Of a DNA stretch of 64,000 nucleotides, positions 1 through 10,796 are shown in pieces. Numbering within the stretch: the stretch's first letter is position 1; each line of letters begins with the position of its first letter. Below the pieces are notes generated by a model. That model was not told the DNA's origin. It saw only the letters and a list, made by a program, of their open reading frames with translations, and did not search any database. The translations under genes and the position numbers were made by a program. Location of the stretch: the IMG/VR virus record IMGVR_UViG_3300046517_002304, positions 447,234 to 511,233 of that record. One strand, written 5' to 3'.

Positions 1-289
1 AAATTATCTCATGTGTATCCATTCGCATTCGTGGTGGATATAACTTCCACTTACTGTCAGAAGGAGGGTATTTAATCTCATTATTATAAGAAACATTATG
101 AAGTGGCACCCCCAAAGATGCTATCTCATTTACCTGAGATTCATCTAAGCTATTATGAGCAATTACATAGTCAAAGGTATCAGTATAAATATTAGTAAAT
201 GAATTAACCGCTTCTTTAAGTGTCCTAAAACCAAGCGCGTGAACCTGTCCTATAGTCCAACGAACCAAAGGCTTCATTGTTTCCGTCAT
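1..289 (-). CDS. Partial CDS (runs off window start), glycosyltransferase-like hypothetical
   Basis: Not in ORF track. ATG at 287-289 overlaps the upstream TGA (ATGA). Open to the edge: MTETMKPLVRWTIG...WKLYPPRMRMDTHEII. Lies in a GT cluster. Confidence 0.6.
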   Translation of the reverse strand, partial: MTETMKPLVRWTIGQVHALGFRTLKEAVNSFTNIYTDTFDYVIAHNSLDESQVNEIASLGVPLHNVSYNNEIKYPPSDSKWKLYPPRMRMDTHEII

Positions 290-1110
290 AGAAATTTCCT
301 TGTGTCTAGTTCTCTAAAAATATCTACCAGGTCTTGCGGGAATAAATGCAAGCTATTTCTTACTTCATGCAGCAAAATACTACTTTCTCTGTCAATCGGC
401 AGCTTACATTTCTTAAAATATTTGACAGCATTAATAGCGGTCATAATTTTAAAATTGTCAACTTTCTGCCCTTTCCAATAAACATTCTTATGATGATATA
501 AATGAAGTTCGTCGTCGTCCAAATATACTTGCTCATATCCCTTGCTTATTATATTATGAGTTTGATAATTATCTGTAAATCCATACCCAGAAAAGGTTTC
601 ATCCATTCCATCGGTCGCCAGGTAATCGTTCTTATAAAAAACTGTATTCCCAGAAAACAAATTTTTACTTCTACCTACGTTTGCAATAGAGCGATAATCC
701 TGCACTTTGTCAATATGATTAGATTCAATTTCATAATCAGAATAAGGCTTGGCCAAATCATACAAATACTTAGTTGTTATAAACTGCTTAGGACGAAGCC
801 CGTTCACGCATTTATGGAAATAACCATGAGGAAGAATGCGATCAGAGTCTAGTAATACAATGACGCTACCGGAGGCATTTTGTACTCCATAATTACAGAA
901 CTTGGCCTTATTATACGTTAAATCGCCAAAATTGTAAACACTATTTACGGCAAATTTAGTGTCAATTTTCTCGCAATTATCGTGGCACAGCAAAAAAAGC
1001 TCACTACCTAAAAGATCAGGTTCCCGATTTTCCAGGAACCTGATAGATTGGCACAAATTATCTAACCGAGAAGAATGAAAGTAAATAACAAATGAAACTG
1101 TGTTTTGCAT
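286..1110 (-). CDS. GT2/GT7-like glycosyltransferase
   Basis: YNKAKFCNYG, LLDSD (DxD), GMDETFSGYGFTD (GT7 C-terminal-like), HLYH. Confidence 0.8.
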   Translation of the reverse strand: MQNTVSFVIYFHSSRLDNLCQSIRFLENREPDLLGSELFLLCHDNCEKIDTKFAVNSVYNFGDLTYNKAKFCNYGVQNASGSVIVLLDSDRILPHGYFHKCVNGLRPKQFITTKYLYDLAKPYSDYEIESNHIDKVQDYRSIANVGRSKNLFSGNTVFYKNDYLATDGMDETFSGYGFTDNYQTHNIISKGYEQVYLDDDELHLYHHKNVYWKGQKVDNFKIMTAINAVKYFKKCKLPIDRESSILLHEVRNSLHLFPQDLVDIFRELDTRKFL

Positions 1111-1139
1111 CTGCTCATTCCACTCAATAACCTATTTTT

Positions 1140-1286
1140 TTATAGACTCTGCTGGCATACATTGATAGCAGGGAGATAAGCGAACGAAAAAGTGCTGCAA
1201 AACAAGTTGTTTTTAGGGCAATTTGCGTAGAAAATCTTCCAATTTACCTGTGTTTGTGAAGCATCACCGTGTTTACAATTAATCAT
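1140..1286 (-). CDS. Small 48-aa Cys-containing peptide
   Basis: Hand-translated MINCKHGDASQTQVNWKIFYANCPKNNLFCSTFSFAYLPAINVCQQSL; AGGAG RBS upstream; fills an intergenic gap. Confidence 0.5.
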   Translation of the reverse strand: MINCKHGDASQTQVNWKIFYANCPKNNLFCSTFSFAYLPAINVCQQSL

Positions 1287-1377
1287 TTTAAGTCTCCTGA
1301 GCTGACATCAATATATATTCACTTTATCTAGGTAAATTTTAAAACGTCAAAACAGCCGCCTTATATCACATATATCG

Positions 1378-2880
1378 TCAAATAATGTCACTCTTTTTAT
1401 AATATTTCTTATACATGCTAACCAAGTCATTTTTAATCTGGCCTTCGGGAATATCCGACCAAGATAAGCTGCACATATCTACAACAGAATTACACTTGGT
1501 ATTCTTATAATAATTTAAACTATTCTTCCCTATCAGCTTAATAAAGCTTACTACGTTGTTTTCTACACAAAACCTAATATACGGCTTTTCTTCTTTTACG
1601 GACTCTATCATCTGATTCCAATGCACATAATAATATGCTGCACGAAGCAATGGGTCAGAAATATCCCGTAATTCAGGCAGATATTTTAAAATGTATTTTT
1701 CGTAATCACTCTCAAAATCCTTAAAGTACCCGATACCATTCACAAAAGAATTAATCACATTTATCGGATGCCTCACTAAATGCACTACTCTTGCTTCACC
1801 GAGAAATTCATCACGCAAATATGGCGCTGCCATATAACTAGCTTCGGCATCTAATGGAATAGTAGGATCTTTAATCTGCTTTATACCAGCCCATTCTGAT
1901 GATCCGCTGTTATATCCATAATTTTTATAAGTGCATCCTTTATTAATGAATATTCTTTCATGACCACAAGAAACGCCAACACTATTAAGCAAGCCGGTAA
2001 AATATGCAGTTCCGCTCCTGCCAGTTCCGCATACAATGTACTGTAGCTTCTTATCTGGAGGATTAATTTCAACGCCTTCAATCACCTTATCCGACCAAGA
2101 CAAATACTTCTCTCTCATCTTCTTGTATTTAATTCTCACTGAACAATCAGAAATAACCTTAAGCGGATGAACAACAGATGCATTGGTCGCAAGGTCTGTT
2201 ATTTCAATGTTCGGACGAAACCTCATTAGGTATCTTGTGTTAGACCAAACATCCTTCCGCCATGCACCAATCTCAAATACGTTTCCGCCAAAATGCTTAA
2301 CAAGAGTGGGGTAAAGAGTTTCCTCAAAAGCATATCCTCTATAATCTGGAAATTTACCTTTCTCAAATGTAGATGTAGCTTCCAAAAATCTATTAAAAAA
2401 ATTAGTGTCAATTAACTTTTTAATAAACTTTCCAGAATAAAAAACACAACACCCAAGCATCGTAGAGTATTTCTCTATTTTTTCACCTATAATTTTATCT
2501 AATACCGGCAAGTCTCCACTATGATGCCTAATATCACAAGCCAGACAAGATATGCCGGTCTTATTTTTTAAATCATCTAAAAAACTACTAGAAGTAAAAA
2601 GACAATCATATTCAACATAAATGTACCAATCATAATCTGGAAATAATTCGTATATCTTCTGAAGTCCAAAAGAAACACTACGATAAGGAGATTTATGAAA
2701 ATTATGAAAAAGACCCCTAATAACCTTTGTATTACCCCAGTGTATGAAGGAAAACTTATTCCATCCAGCATCATCTATCATTATAGCAACATCGTCCGAA
2801 ACCCATGTCCGAATAGACTCTAGTGTATCCAAAACAAGGTTGGGATAATCATGACAATTTAATAATACGGCAATTTTCAT
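1378..2880 (-). CDS. Glycosyltransferase-like N-domain fused to a sulfotransferase-family C-domain
   Basis: N-half is GT-A-like (YVEYD). C-half has the PAPS-binding motifs CGTGRSGT and VHLVRHPINVINS. Confidence 0.7.
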   Translation of the reverse strand: MKIAVLLNCHDYPNLVLDTLESIRTWVSDDVAIMIDDAGWNKFSFIHWGNTKVIRGLFHNFHKSPYRSVSFGLQKIYELFPDYDWYIYVEYDCLFTSSSFLDDLKNKTGISCLACDIRHHSGDLPVLDKIIGEKIEKYSTMLGCCVFYSGKFIKKLIDTNFFNRFLEATSTFEKGKFPDYRGYAFEETLYPTLVKHFGGNVFEIGAWRKDVWSNTRYLMRFRPNIEITDLATNASVVHPLKVISDCSVRIKYKKMREKYLSWSDKVIEGVEINPPDKKLQYIVCGTGRSGTAYFTGLLNSVGVSCGHERIFINKGCTYKNYGYNSGSSEWAGIKQIKDPTIPLDAEASYMAAPYLRDEFLGEARVVHLVRHPINVINSFVNGIGYFKDFESDYEKYILKYLPELRDISDPLLRAAYYYVHWNQMIESVKEEKPYIRFCVENNVVSFIKLIGKNSLNYYKNTKCNSVVDMCSLSWSDIPEGQIKNDLVSMYKKYYKKSDII

Positions 2881-3777
2881 TTAATGCCTTAAAACAAACT
2901 CGCAAAACCTTTGCTCTATCTGAAATATCGGCAATCTGCGGCCAGAGCTTAAGTCGTCATCTGGGGATAATAACCACCTTTGCTTAATTCTATTGGCAAT
3001 AATAGGGGTTTGAAAAAATGGCTCTACGTGGTCTTTCACTATCTTTTCATTCACTCTCCGCAACCCAGCCATATCAAACATTTTATAATATTCACCAAGA
3101 GGATGTATGATTTTTCTGGTATAAGTAAGCTTATATCCCATTTTTTCTATTTCATCGTCAGTAAAAACAAGATGAATATACGCCTTATTAATTTGTTGAT
3201 ACAAATGAGAGCCATGCTTAGAGCACCACGGATGACATACTACGTAAATCTTACCAGAATCGGCTAAGATAGATTTAATGCTTTGCATCATACTATACGG
3301 CGAAAGAGAGTGATCTATAACATCATATAAAAAAATAACATCATACTTGCGACTTGATATACTTTGGAAATCACCGGTCAAAAACAAATTATCATTTTTA
3401 GCCCGCTTATCCCATCCAGAAGAAGAAATATCATATCCATAAGACGCCTTAACTCCCCAGTCTAGCGCTCTTTCACAAATATGCGCCTCTCCGCACCCGA
3501 AGTCAAGGAATACCTTATCTTTTAATTCGATAGATGCCTCGGCCAAAATAGCATCGGCTCTACTAAATTTATCATCTTCGGAATTAGAGTCACATATAAA
3601 AGACGGATCAACCGCTGCTGGCCAAGCATCACTATGGAGCATTTTTACAAGACTTTGATATTCAATTTCTCGTAAAAACGAAGATATGTCGCTTATTTTT
3701 ATATTGTCATCCAGTATTATGTCTGGATCTAAGGACGACAGCAACGGCCAAGTGTTATTAAGTTCTGATATTCTCAC
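2881..3777 (-). CDS. Class I SAM-dependent methyltransferase
   Basis: LDFGCGEAH motif I, YDVIFLYDVIDH, ILADSGKIYV. Confidence 0.85.
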   Translation of the reverse strand: MRISELNNTWPLLSSLDPDIILDDNIKISDISSFLREIEYQSLVKMLHSDAWPAAVDPSFICDSNSEDDKFSRADAILAEASIELKDKVFLDFGCGEAHICERALDWGVKASYGYDISSSGWDKRAKNDNLFLTGDFQSISSRKYDVIFLYDVIDHSLSPYSMMQSIKSILADSGKIYVVCHPWCSKHGSHLYQQINKAYIHLVFTDDEIEKMGYKLTYTRKIIHPLGEYYKMFDMAGLRRVNEKIVKDHVEPFFQTPIIANRIKQRWLLSPDDDLSSGRRLPIFQIEQRFCEFVLRH

Positions 3778-3787
3778 ACACTATTTA

Positions 3788-4699
3788 TCATTCATTCCGA
3801 AAACTATACCATACACCGTAGTTATAGAATAAACTAAACTCACCTCTACAGGGAATTCGCGCCCATTCAACGTCTGCTGTTTTAATCTGCTGAATAGTGT
3901 TAACTTGATCAAAGCCATATATTCTATAGTATTTAAGCGATTTGGTAGCAACATCAAGTCTAGTAAATCCGCCTAATGGCAAAATATCACCAAACATTTT
4001 CTTTCCAGCAAACATCAAGCATTGATAAAAATCTGGAATAAACGGAAAATTCCTTCTTCCGTTCAGCTTATCCACACGGATCAAATGATATGACGATTTT
4101 ATCTTGTGGACTTCTTTATCTTTATCAAGCGCACCCATTTTAGCTGGCACCCAATCGGGCGCAGGGATATGTTTTTTGTTCTTATCTATGAGAACAACCG
4201 ACGCACAGGAAGCAAGGCTGCTATGTGCAATTTTTTCTATCTCAATTACGCTTACGGTATGAGGGATATCTGATATAGGAATCTTACTGCAATAACGACC
4301 ATCCATGTATTCTTCAAGATAATCAACTGGACTATCATGGTCCTCACAACAATTATATTTAAAATGACGCAGTGTCTCTGGGCCACCGTTATCATCACCG
4401 TAATAATGGCTTCCTACAATCTTACTTCTGTAATTATCAGACTTTCCATTTAGCCACTTCCCGCCGCGCCACAAAATACAATCTTCTTCACCATAATCAA
4501 GGACAAAATCTTTTATGCATGACCGCCAATTCACATCGTCTAGCGTGCTGTATTCATAGTACTTCTTAATATCCCCCCTATAGCAAACTAAATAACTCAA
4601 ATCATAAAGATCTATATTAGCCGGCATATTATAGCCGCAATCTATGAATTCAAATACCGTATCTTCACTCAGTTTTTGGGCTTTGCGTCTTCTAGACAT
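3788..4699 (-). CDS. Hypothetical protein
   Basis: 303-aa ORF, tightly packed with neighbours. Confidence 0.6.
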   Translation of the reverse strand: MSRRRKAQKLSEDTVFEFIDCGYNMPANIDLYDLSYLVCYRGDIKKYYEYSTLDDVNWRSCIKDFVLDYGEEDCILWRGGKWLNGKSDNYRSKIVGSHYYGDDNGGPETLRHFKYNCCEDHDSPVDYLEEYMDGRYCSKIPISDIPHTVSVIEIEKIAHSSLASCASVVLIDKNKKHIPAPDWVPAKMGALDKDKEVHKIKSSYHLIRVDKLNGRRNFPFIPDFYQCLMFAGKKMFGDILPLGGFTRLDVATKSLKYYRIYGFDQVNTIQQIKTADVEWARIPCRGEFSLFYNYGVWYSFRNE

Positions 4700-4701
4700 T
4701 G

Positions 4702-7578
4702 TTAATTTTCTAAGAACGCTTTTATTCGGACGATCTTACCAGTGCTAGACATAAAAATTAACCAATCGTCTGCTGTAGCAGGCGCTAAGGATGTGTTAAC
4801 TCTAAACACAAAAGTCCTCTTGGTTTCTGTAAAATATACACCCAGTAAATTAAGCCAATACGGCATTACTATAGGGTGTAAATTCATCTGATCATCAAAA
4901 GACATACGATATTCCTGATTACTACACAGAGTAACATTAGAAATATCCGTATAATTATTCAACTCCACCACTTCTAAGTCACTAGACTCAGGCATATTTA
5001 CTTCTAACTGATCGGCAAAATATTCCGCATATAAATATAACTTTTTAACATATCTCTGTCTTGTTTTAACTAATGTTCCTCCCACCACTCTTTCTTGTGG
5101 CACTATATCGCTTCTAAAAATTATTTCACCGATAGGAAGATTCAAAACACCATAATAATCATGGTATAGCTCTGTCATTTCATTAAACAGCGGCTGGTAC
5201 TTTTTAGGCGATGCTAATGTAAAGCTACGAACGGCTGACGAAGGAAGTAAGTCTTCTGGCCACCATGGATTTAATCTGTCAACACCAGATGCATCCTTTA
5301 ATTTATCCCAAACTTCATCGGGAATAGGATACTGCTTAAGACTAATGTTCCATTTACCATTTGCAAAACTTAAATCCAAACTATCTTCTTTTATGGTAGG
5401 CAAATTAATAGTCAAAGATGAATCCCAATCAAGAGATATGCCAGCCTCATGTTTTAAATTAGATGCTATAACGTCCTTGTTTTCTATGGTTTTACAAATG
5501 CCTATCTGAGGGAATTTAGCCGCATTTGCACCATCGGCTACATCTAGATAATTAGACACTAACCCATTTTTATTAAATGACACCGTTTCGTCAATCGCAC
5601 TGTTGTTAATCAAATGAACGGCAACGTACTTAGTCTTCAATCCCTTATTAAATTTAATTCCACCAAGGAATATAGGCCATTCATTACTAATAGGTAGATA
5701 GCTTGGATTTAAACTAAACTCAAATTCTTGCACAAACCTAGAATCGCTCTTATATGCGATCAAGCTAGTCTGAAGAATAAATGTTTTATCCTGTACAACA
5801 TTGCAGACCCACATACTAGGGCCTTCACTTACAGCATCATCCATCACCAAACGGATTTTCTCATCCCGCGTCATCCTAACCGGAGTAACGACAGCAACAG
5901 GATTCACATGAATGACATTACCTGTTCTGGCAGATGAAGTTGAGGATGTTGCGGAGCAGGTAGTGCTCTTCGTGTTTTTTTTTACGTCTATGGGAACCGG
6001 ATGATTATAAATAGCCGGAGTAGACACAGCGGTCTTCGCAGACGTAGTGGTATATTCTGCCCTAATATCGGACAACTTCTTAATTAAGAACTTATCATCT
6101 TTGCTTATTTTATTAATCTTAACATCAGCAAGATAATCGGTATGAACATGATTACCATATGAGCTGCTACCAGTTTGATCTGAATTATAATACCCGCTTG
6201 TACGAGGCGCCCTATTTTTATAAGAGCTTCTTTTAAAAGCATTTATAGAAACTTCAATCTCACGTTGAAAAGTAGTCCCATTAAATTCACAACTTAAAAT
6301 TACTTTACCGAAAATTGACCGATATGTCACTTTGCCGTGAGTATTAACATATACTCGGAATCTACTAATTTTATATTTATTTGTGTTGTCAACTGAAAGG
6401 TCGCAAAAATTATCTGGCAAAGAAGATATGGTAAAACTACTAGGAAATCCAACGGAATGAATAGACGTTAACTGAGAGCTAGCAGTCCATTTTAACCCAA
6501 TTTCCTTAACCTCAGGAAACCAAAGGCTCGGATCAGAAATTTCAATAGTAAAATCTAAATATGGCTCATAAATCTCAATAGAATCACGACTATTCGGATT
6601 TACCAGAACTCTAGTTTCACTATCCCAATATTTGGTAGTCAAAGCATTCTTAGTAAAGTCCTTGATGCATATCTTATTCTGCTCAACGCTGCTTTTTGAG
6701 AATTTCAGCGGAACCATCAGTTGGAGAAACCCGGAATCTTTAATCATGATGTCTTGCCCATCAAGACAACGTTTTTCATTACCGGTGAACTCAATTGTTC
6801 CGCCATGGTAAACATCATCGCAAATTTTGTCAATTTTAAATCCATGTTTCGGCTTTACCTGAAAGAAATACTGACACTCATTTTTAGGTACAGACTTATC
6901 TGAACCATCTAGAGAAAGCATTCTTCCTTTTAATAAAGGTAAATTGTTTGTCAAATAATTGATCAACACAGTAGGGCCAGCTTCCGTGCTGCCATTTGAA
7001 TGTGAAATCACAATTCTTCCGGCATCCTGCAAGTCAAAGTTCTCAGACTCTTTATTAATATTATAGCAATATTCGGCACTGTCAATAGCAGAATCAAACA
7101 ATACTACGTGTAAAATACTATTAATTGGCACTTTGACAATAGAGTTTTTTGGGTTGATCACCGTGGTTATATGACGACTCTTCTCGTTAGACGACAACAA
7201 ATATATCTGACTGCGAACATAAGTGCCTGCGGTATTAACCCATATTTCTCCCAAAAATAAAGACGAATGCAGCGCCCAAGAAGACAAATCATACTTTTGA
7301 TTTACATGATACTGTACGCTAACCTCCTCTTTGCCATTAACAACTTTGGCCTTGGAATGCTCTATTCTATCTAAATATAAAAAATCACTATCAATAATTA
7401 CCCTATCTTCTTCAGCAATACCTTTAATCTCTGACAAACTAAAATAAAAATCTTGTCTCGGATGAAGAACAATAGAGTAGCCGTCACCTACCGATGGATC
7501 TTTGACTCTAACTGGGTTCATGTGCCGGTTCACTCTCGGCCATTTTTTACCTGGTAAGGCTACGGTTTTCATCGGCAA
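4702..7578 (-). CDS. Large beta-rich hypothetical protein (958 aa)
   Basis: Long ORF with a central S/T-rich linker. Confidence 0.7.
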   Translation of the reverse strand: MPMKTVALPGKKWPRVNRHMNPVRVKDPSVGDGYSIVLHPRQDFYFSLSEIKGIAEEDRVIIDSDFLYLDRIEHSKAKVVNGKEEVSVQYHVNQKYDLSSWALHSSLFLGEIWVNTAGTYVRSQIYLLSSNEKSRHITTVINPKNSIVKVPINSILHVVLFDSAIDSAEYCYNINKESENFDLQDAGRIVISHSNGSTEAGPTVLINYLTNNLPLLKGRMLSLDGSDKSVPKNECQYFFQVKPKHGFKIDKICDDVYHGGTIEFTGNEKRCLDGQDIMIKDSGFLQLMVPLKFSKSSVEQNKICIKDFTKNALTTKYWDSETRVLVNPNSRDSIEIYEPYLDFTIEISDPSLWFPEVKEIGLKWTASSQLTSIHSVGFPSSFTISSLPDNFCDLSVDNTNKYKISRFRVYVNTHGKVTYRSIFGKVILSCEFNGTTFQREIEVSINAFKRSSYKNRAPRTSGYYNSDQTGSSSYGNHVHTDYLADVKINKISKDDKFLIKKLSDIRAEYTTTSAKTAVSTPAIYNHPVPIDVKKNTKSTTCSATSSTSSARTGNVIHVNPVAVVTPVRMTRDEKIRLVMDDAVSEGPSMWVCNVVQDKTFILQTSLIAYKSDSRFVQEFEFSLNPSYLPISNEWPIFLGGIKFNKGLKTKYVAVHLINNSAIDETVSFNKNGLVSNYLDVADGANAAKFPQIGICKTIENKDVIASNLKHEAGISLDWDSSLTINLPTIKEDSLDLSFANGKWNISLKQYPIPDEVWDKLKDASGVDRLNPWWPEDLLPSSAVRSFTLASPKKYQPLFNEMTELYHDYYGVLNLPIGEIIFRSDIVPQERVVGGTLVKTRQRYVKKLYLYAEYFADQLEVNMPESSDLEVVELNNYTDISNVTLCSNQEYRMSFDDQMNLHPIVMPYWLNLLGVYFTETKRTFVFRVNTSLAPATADDWLIFMSSTGKIVRIKAFLEN

Positions 7579-8642
7579 TGTTTTCTACCGCTTACCATTA
7601 TATGGTCATCTTCAAAAGAAATATAAACCCACATTTTTCTTTTATGCAAGTTTAAGTTTAAAGCACCGTCTGATAAAGTAGTGATAATACCATCTGCGGA
7701 TGTAATTTTAAAATGAGATAAGGACTTGCCGCGTAATTCTAGAACCAAACGATCTAAGCTGGCTGTATATACGTAAGTATGTGAAGCGCCTTTATGATAA
7801 GAGCATTTTAAATAACCTGTTCCATCATCAACCGGAAAGGTAAGTATAGTTGACCCTGGACGATCATCCAAATTTCCGTCCACAAATACTGCCGACCCAG
7901 GAGCGCTGGATTCGTTCAGGCACTTGTAAAGTGAATGTCTAAGCTGTACGTCGGCCTTTGTTAAATGAGAATGAGATTCTGATTTAAAAAATGAAAAAGA
8001 CTTGTCATTCACAGAATGCTCCAACGTAGTAATCAGATGAAGCTTCTGCATATGACTACTCGGAATAAAAATTCTTTTGGGGTTATCGTTAATAAACACT
8101 ACGGCATTATTTAACAAACCTTTAGCGCCATGCTCGTCTCGGGCTATATTAAATGTAATAATGTCATTCTTTTTATAAGTACGACCTTCATAATGAATCG
8201 GGGCATCAAATGGTGATATAATATGCAAGTGGCCACTCAAAAAACTATCCTGAAAAAATATCAAAAATCTTTGTTCTGAATAAGATTGATTGCCTCTTTT
8301 AAAGTAGGCTCTCGTCGCCTGATTCTTAATAAAAATACCTTCCGACCAGGTCAAAGAATCCCACCAATCAGAGCGATCTATCGGAACATGAGAAGTGGAT
8401 TTCAAAAATATTTCAAGGCACTTTCGGCCATTTATAATAATAAAAGACTGATCATTCGGACAATCAATACCCATATATCCTGATGAATCTTCATCGTAAA
8501 CAAAGTATGATGAAGATTCACTGGACTTTTTAATTTCCGATAAAGTCGTACATTCTACGCCATTAGGTAGCGGTTCTCTAATTTTTGTAAGAGAAACGAC
8601 GCACGAAAGCTTCGGACCATAATCACATGTTCCTGACCACAT
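7569..8642 (-). CDS. Hypothetical protein
   Basis: 357-aa ORF overlapping the next gene. Confidence 0.6.
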   Translation of the reverse strand: MWSGTCDYGPKLSCVVSLTKIREPLPNGVECTTLSEIKKSSESSSYFVYDEDSSGYMGIDCPNDQSFIIINGRKCLEIFLKSTSHVPIDRSDWWDSLTWSEGIFIKNQATRAYFKRGNQSYSEQRFLIFFQDSFLSGHLHIISPFDAPIHYEGRTYKKNDIITFNIARDEHGAKGLLNNAVVFINDNPKRIFIPSSHMQKLHLITTLEHSVNDKSFSFFKSESHSHLTKADVQLRHSLYKCLNESSAPGSAVFVDGNLDDRPGSTILTFPVDDGTGYLKCSYHKGASHTYVYTASLDRLVLELRGKSLSHFKITSADGIITTLSDGALNLNLHKRKMWVYISFEDDHIMVSGRKHCR

Positions 8643-8672
8643 GAATCAACACTTTCAGTTAGTCCGTGGTTA

Positions 8673-9266
8673 CTAAAACCAAGTCTTAATCCAACTACAA
8701 TAGTTGTCTGGCGAAACATATTTTTTAACCTGCTTCCATGATTCGTTTAGTGCTGTCCTATCGCCCATCTGCAAAAATGTTTTCTCAAATTTATCAGCAG
8801 CGTGAACCCGATCCTCAATATCTGTTGCCGGATTAACCACATCATAATACGTAGGCAAAACAGTATCTTTATGGGACTCAATAAAATGAGAGCACCACAT
8901 ATAAACAAACATTTCTACAGCAGCGACCCGAGCCTCTGCTAACCCAAATACCGGCAAGTATTGATTTTTCCGATAGGCATCAATTTTTGCCTTGATGGTC
9001 GGCTGATAATTATCAAAATTCATAGGGGTGTGCTGCGTATTATACGCCCCCTTATGATTATTATAGCCATTGTAATTAGGCGTATATTCCAATAACAAGC
9101 TATCGCTTGGATGGTTGTTCTGCGGCTGTTCTTGTATGCCAAGAATAGCCCACTTCGGCTTAACATCACGTTTTTCCGAACGAAGAATCAAATATCCTTC
9201 TTTGACATACTTAACAACCGGACATTTCAACAAATGCCTTTTGAAATATTCTTCTTGCAGATTCAT
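8673..9266 (-). CDS. Hypothetical protein
   Basis: 197-aa ORF. Confidence 0.6.
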   Translation of the reverse strand: MNLQEEYFKRHLLKCPVVKYVKEGYLILRSEKRDVKPKWAILGIQEQPQNNHPSDSLLLEYTPNYNGYNNHKGAYNTQHTPMNFDNYQPTIKAKIDAYRKNQYLPVFGLAEARVAAVEMFVYMWCSHFIESHKDTVLPTYYDVVNPATDIEDRVHAADKFEKTFLQMGDRTALNESWKQVKKYVSPDNYCSWIKTWF

Positions 9267-9314
9267 GGTTTTAGCACCTTGAGACTGATGTTATTGATTA
9301 CGCAGATTACAATT

Positions 9315-10136
9315 TTAATACAAAGGGGAGTAAATGTCAAGATAGTATTTCTTTGGAGTTTTGCCAGACTTCATATCGTGCGATAAATCAAATACATACT
9401 TCTCAAACTGATGATTGAACTCTTCGTATGAAGAAAAACCGTAATATTCCTTCACTACTTGTAGTGGCCCCATCGCACAAAAAGACTCCATGTCTTTCGC
9501 TGGAAATTCTTTTTTCAGAAAAAGACACAACATTGTGCTTTGCACTCTATTCCATTTGTCAATATTTTTAGAATTAACATCTTGCTGAAGAATTTCATCC
9601 GCCGTGCAATGCTCATCTTTCAACATGTCCTCTGCCTGCATAAGAGTTTCATATATGTCTGATTCGCTTCCATTCAAAACAGAAATGCCAGTAATCATCC
9701 ACTTAGGAAACTTTATCTTATTCGCTATTTCATATTCACGCAAACATGCTTCCGTCAATTTTTCTGATAAATCTGAGTCTCTCCAATCGCCATCTACGCA
9801 AGTCCAAATAACAGAAATATCTTTTCCATCATGTATTAACGAAGCGCGATAAACTGACTTGTCAAGGTTAAAAAACTTCTTATATAGATCCTTATTGTCA
9901 ATACAAATAACCATACACTTTCTTGAGAATTTAATATCATCAAATCCCCATCGCTTAAATATAGACTCTTTCATAAACTCTACGTGCTGAGACAAATACT
10001 CAGATTTGCCTTCGTGGTTTGATAAGATTTCAAAATTATTCGTCTCATTAGAATAAAGCTTAACCTTCTGATCGCCAATTTCTACATGAGTATCTGCCGC
10101 AACAAACAAAAGTGCGAAAGCAAGCAAGTTATACAT
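9315..10136 (-). CDS. Secreted protein, degenerate gluzincin/peptidase MA-like fold
   Basis: Signal peptide MYNLLAFALLFVAA; FPKWMITGISVL resembles the PxWxxEGxA motif, but there is no HExxH. Confidence 0.4.
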   Translation of the reverse strand: MYNLLAFALLFVAADTHVEIGDQKVKLYSNETNNFEILSNHEGKSEYLSQHVEFMKESIFKRWGFDDIKFSRKCMVICIDNKDLYKKFFNLDKSVYRASLIHDGKDISVIWTCVDGDWRDSDLSEKLTEACLREYEIANKIKFPKWMITGISVLNGSESDIYETLMQAEDMLKDEHCTADEILQQDVNSKNIDKWNRVQSTMLCLFLKKEFPAKDMESFCAMGPLQVVKEYYGFSSYEEFNHQFEKYVFDLSHDMKSGKTPKKYYLDIYSPLY

Positions 10137-10776
10137 TTACGCTACTCTCCTTAAAAAAAGATTGATTTGTTCTAAAAAAGTGAATTGACCTTGGACTAGA
10201 TACATCAAAAATATCATGCTGAGAATCAGCATAAACATTTTTAATAATATCTCTAGCCTCAGATGCAATCTGTGAAATACGTGAATCACAAACACCAATT
10301 TTACTCCCGATTTCCTTCATAGATAATCCCAAAACATAATATGAGTATATGATCTTCTGTTGAATTGGTGTTAGATGCTTCATAATTTTCTTATATGAAT
10401 CATCATTGTCCACTCTAGAAATTCCATCATCTTTTGCTATTAAATTCTCGCTTATGGGTGAAGACTGATGAAAATTAATGCTGTAGGTTGGGACATCAAG
10501 CGACCAAGATGTTATTCTATGTCTTTTTCTACTTCCGCTATACTTCCGTAAAAAATCATTGATTTCGCCATGTATTCTATACCGAGCATACATGGCGAAA
10601 ACGCCTTTGGTTTCATCAAACTTAGTTGCTGCATCAATTAATCCCATATATGCAGCAGATTTTAATTCCGATAATTGTATCCCTCTAACACACCCAGACT
10701 TTCTTTTTTTAGCAATTTTATCCGCAAGGTGCTTGTACTCCACAACTAATTTGTTTCTTTCTTCAATACTTCTCAT
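10129..10776 (-). CDS. Sigma-70 family RNA polymerase sigma factor (FliA/WhiG-like)
   Basis: Region 2 ELKSAAYMGLIDAATKFD...FAMYARYRIHGEINDFLR; region 4 HTH LSMKEIGSKIGVCDSRISQI. Confidence 0.92.
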   Translation of the reverse strand: MRSIEERNKLVVEYKHLADKIAKKRKSGCVRGIQLSELKSAAYMGLIDAATKFDETKGVFAMYARYRIHGEINDFLRKYSGSRKRHRITSWSLDVPTYSINFHQSSPISENLIAKDDGISRVDNDDSYKKIMKHLTPIQQKIIYSYYVLGLSMKEIGSKIGVCDSRISQIASEARDIIKNVYADSQHDIFDVSSPRSIHFFRTNQSFFKESSVNV

Positions 10777-10796
10777 AATAATAAATTTTCAAATCA

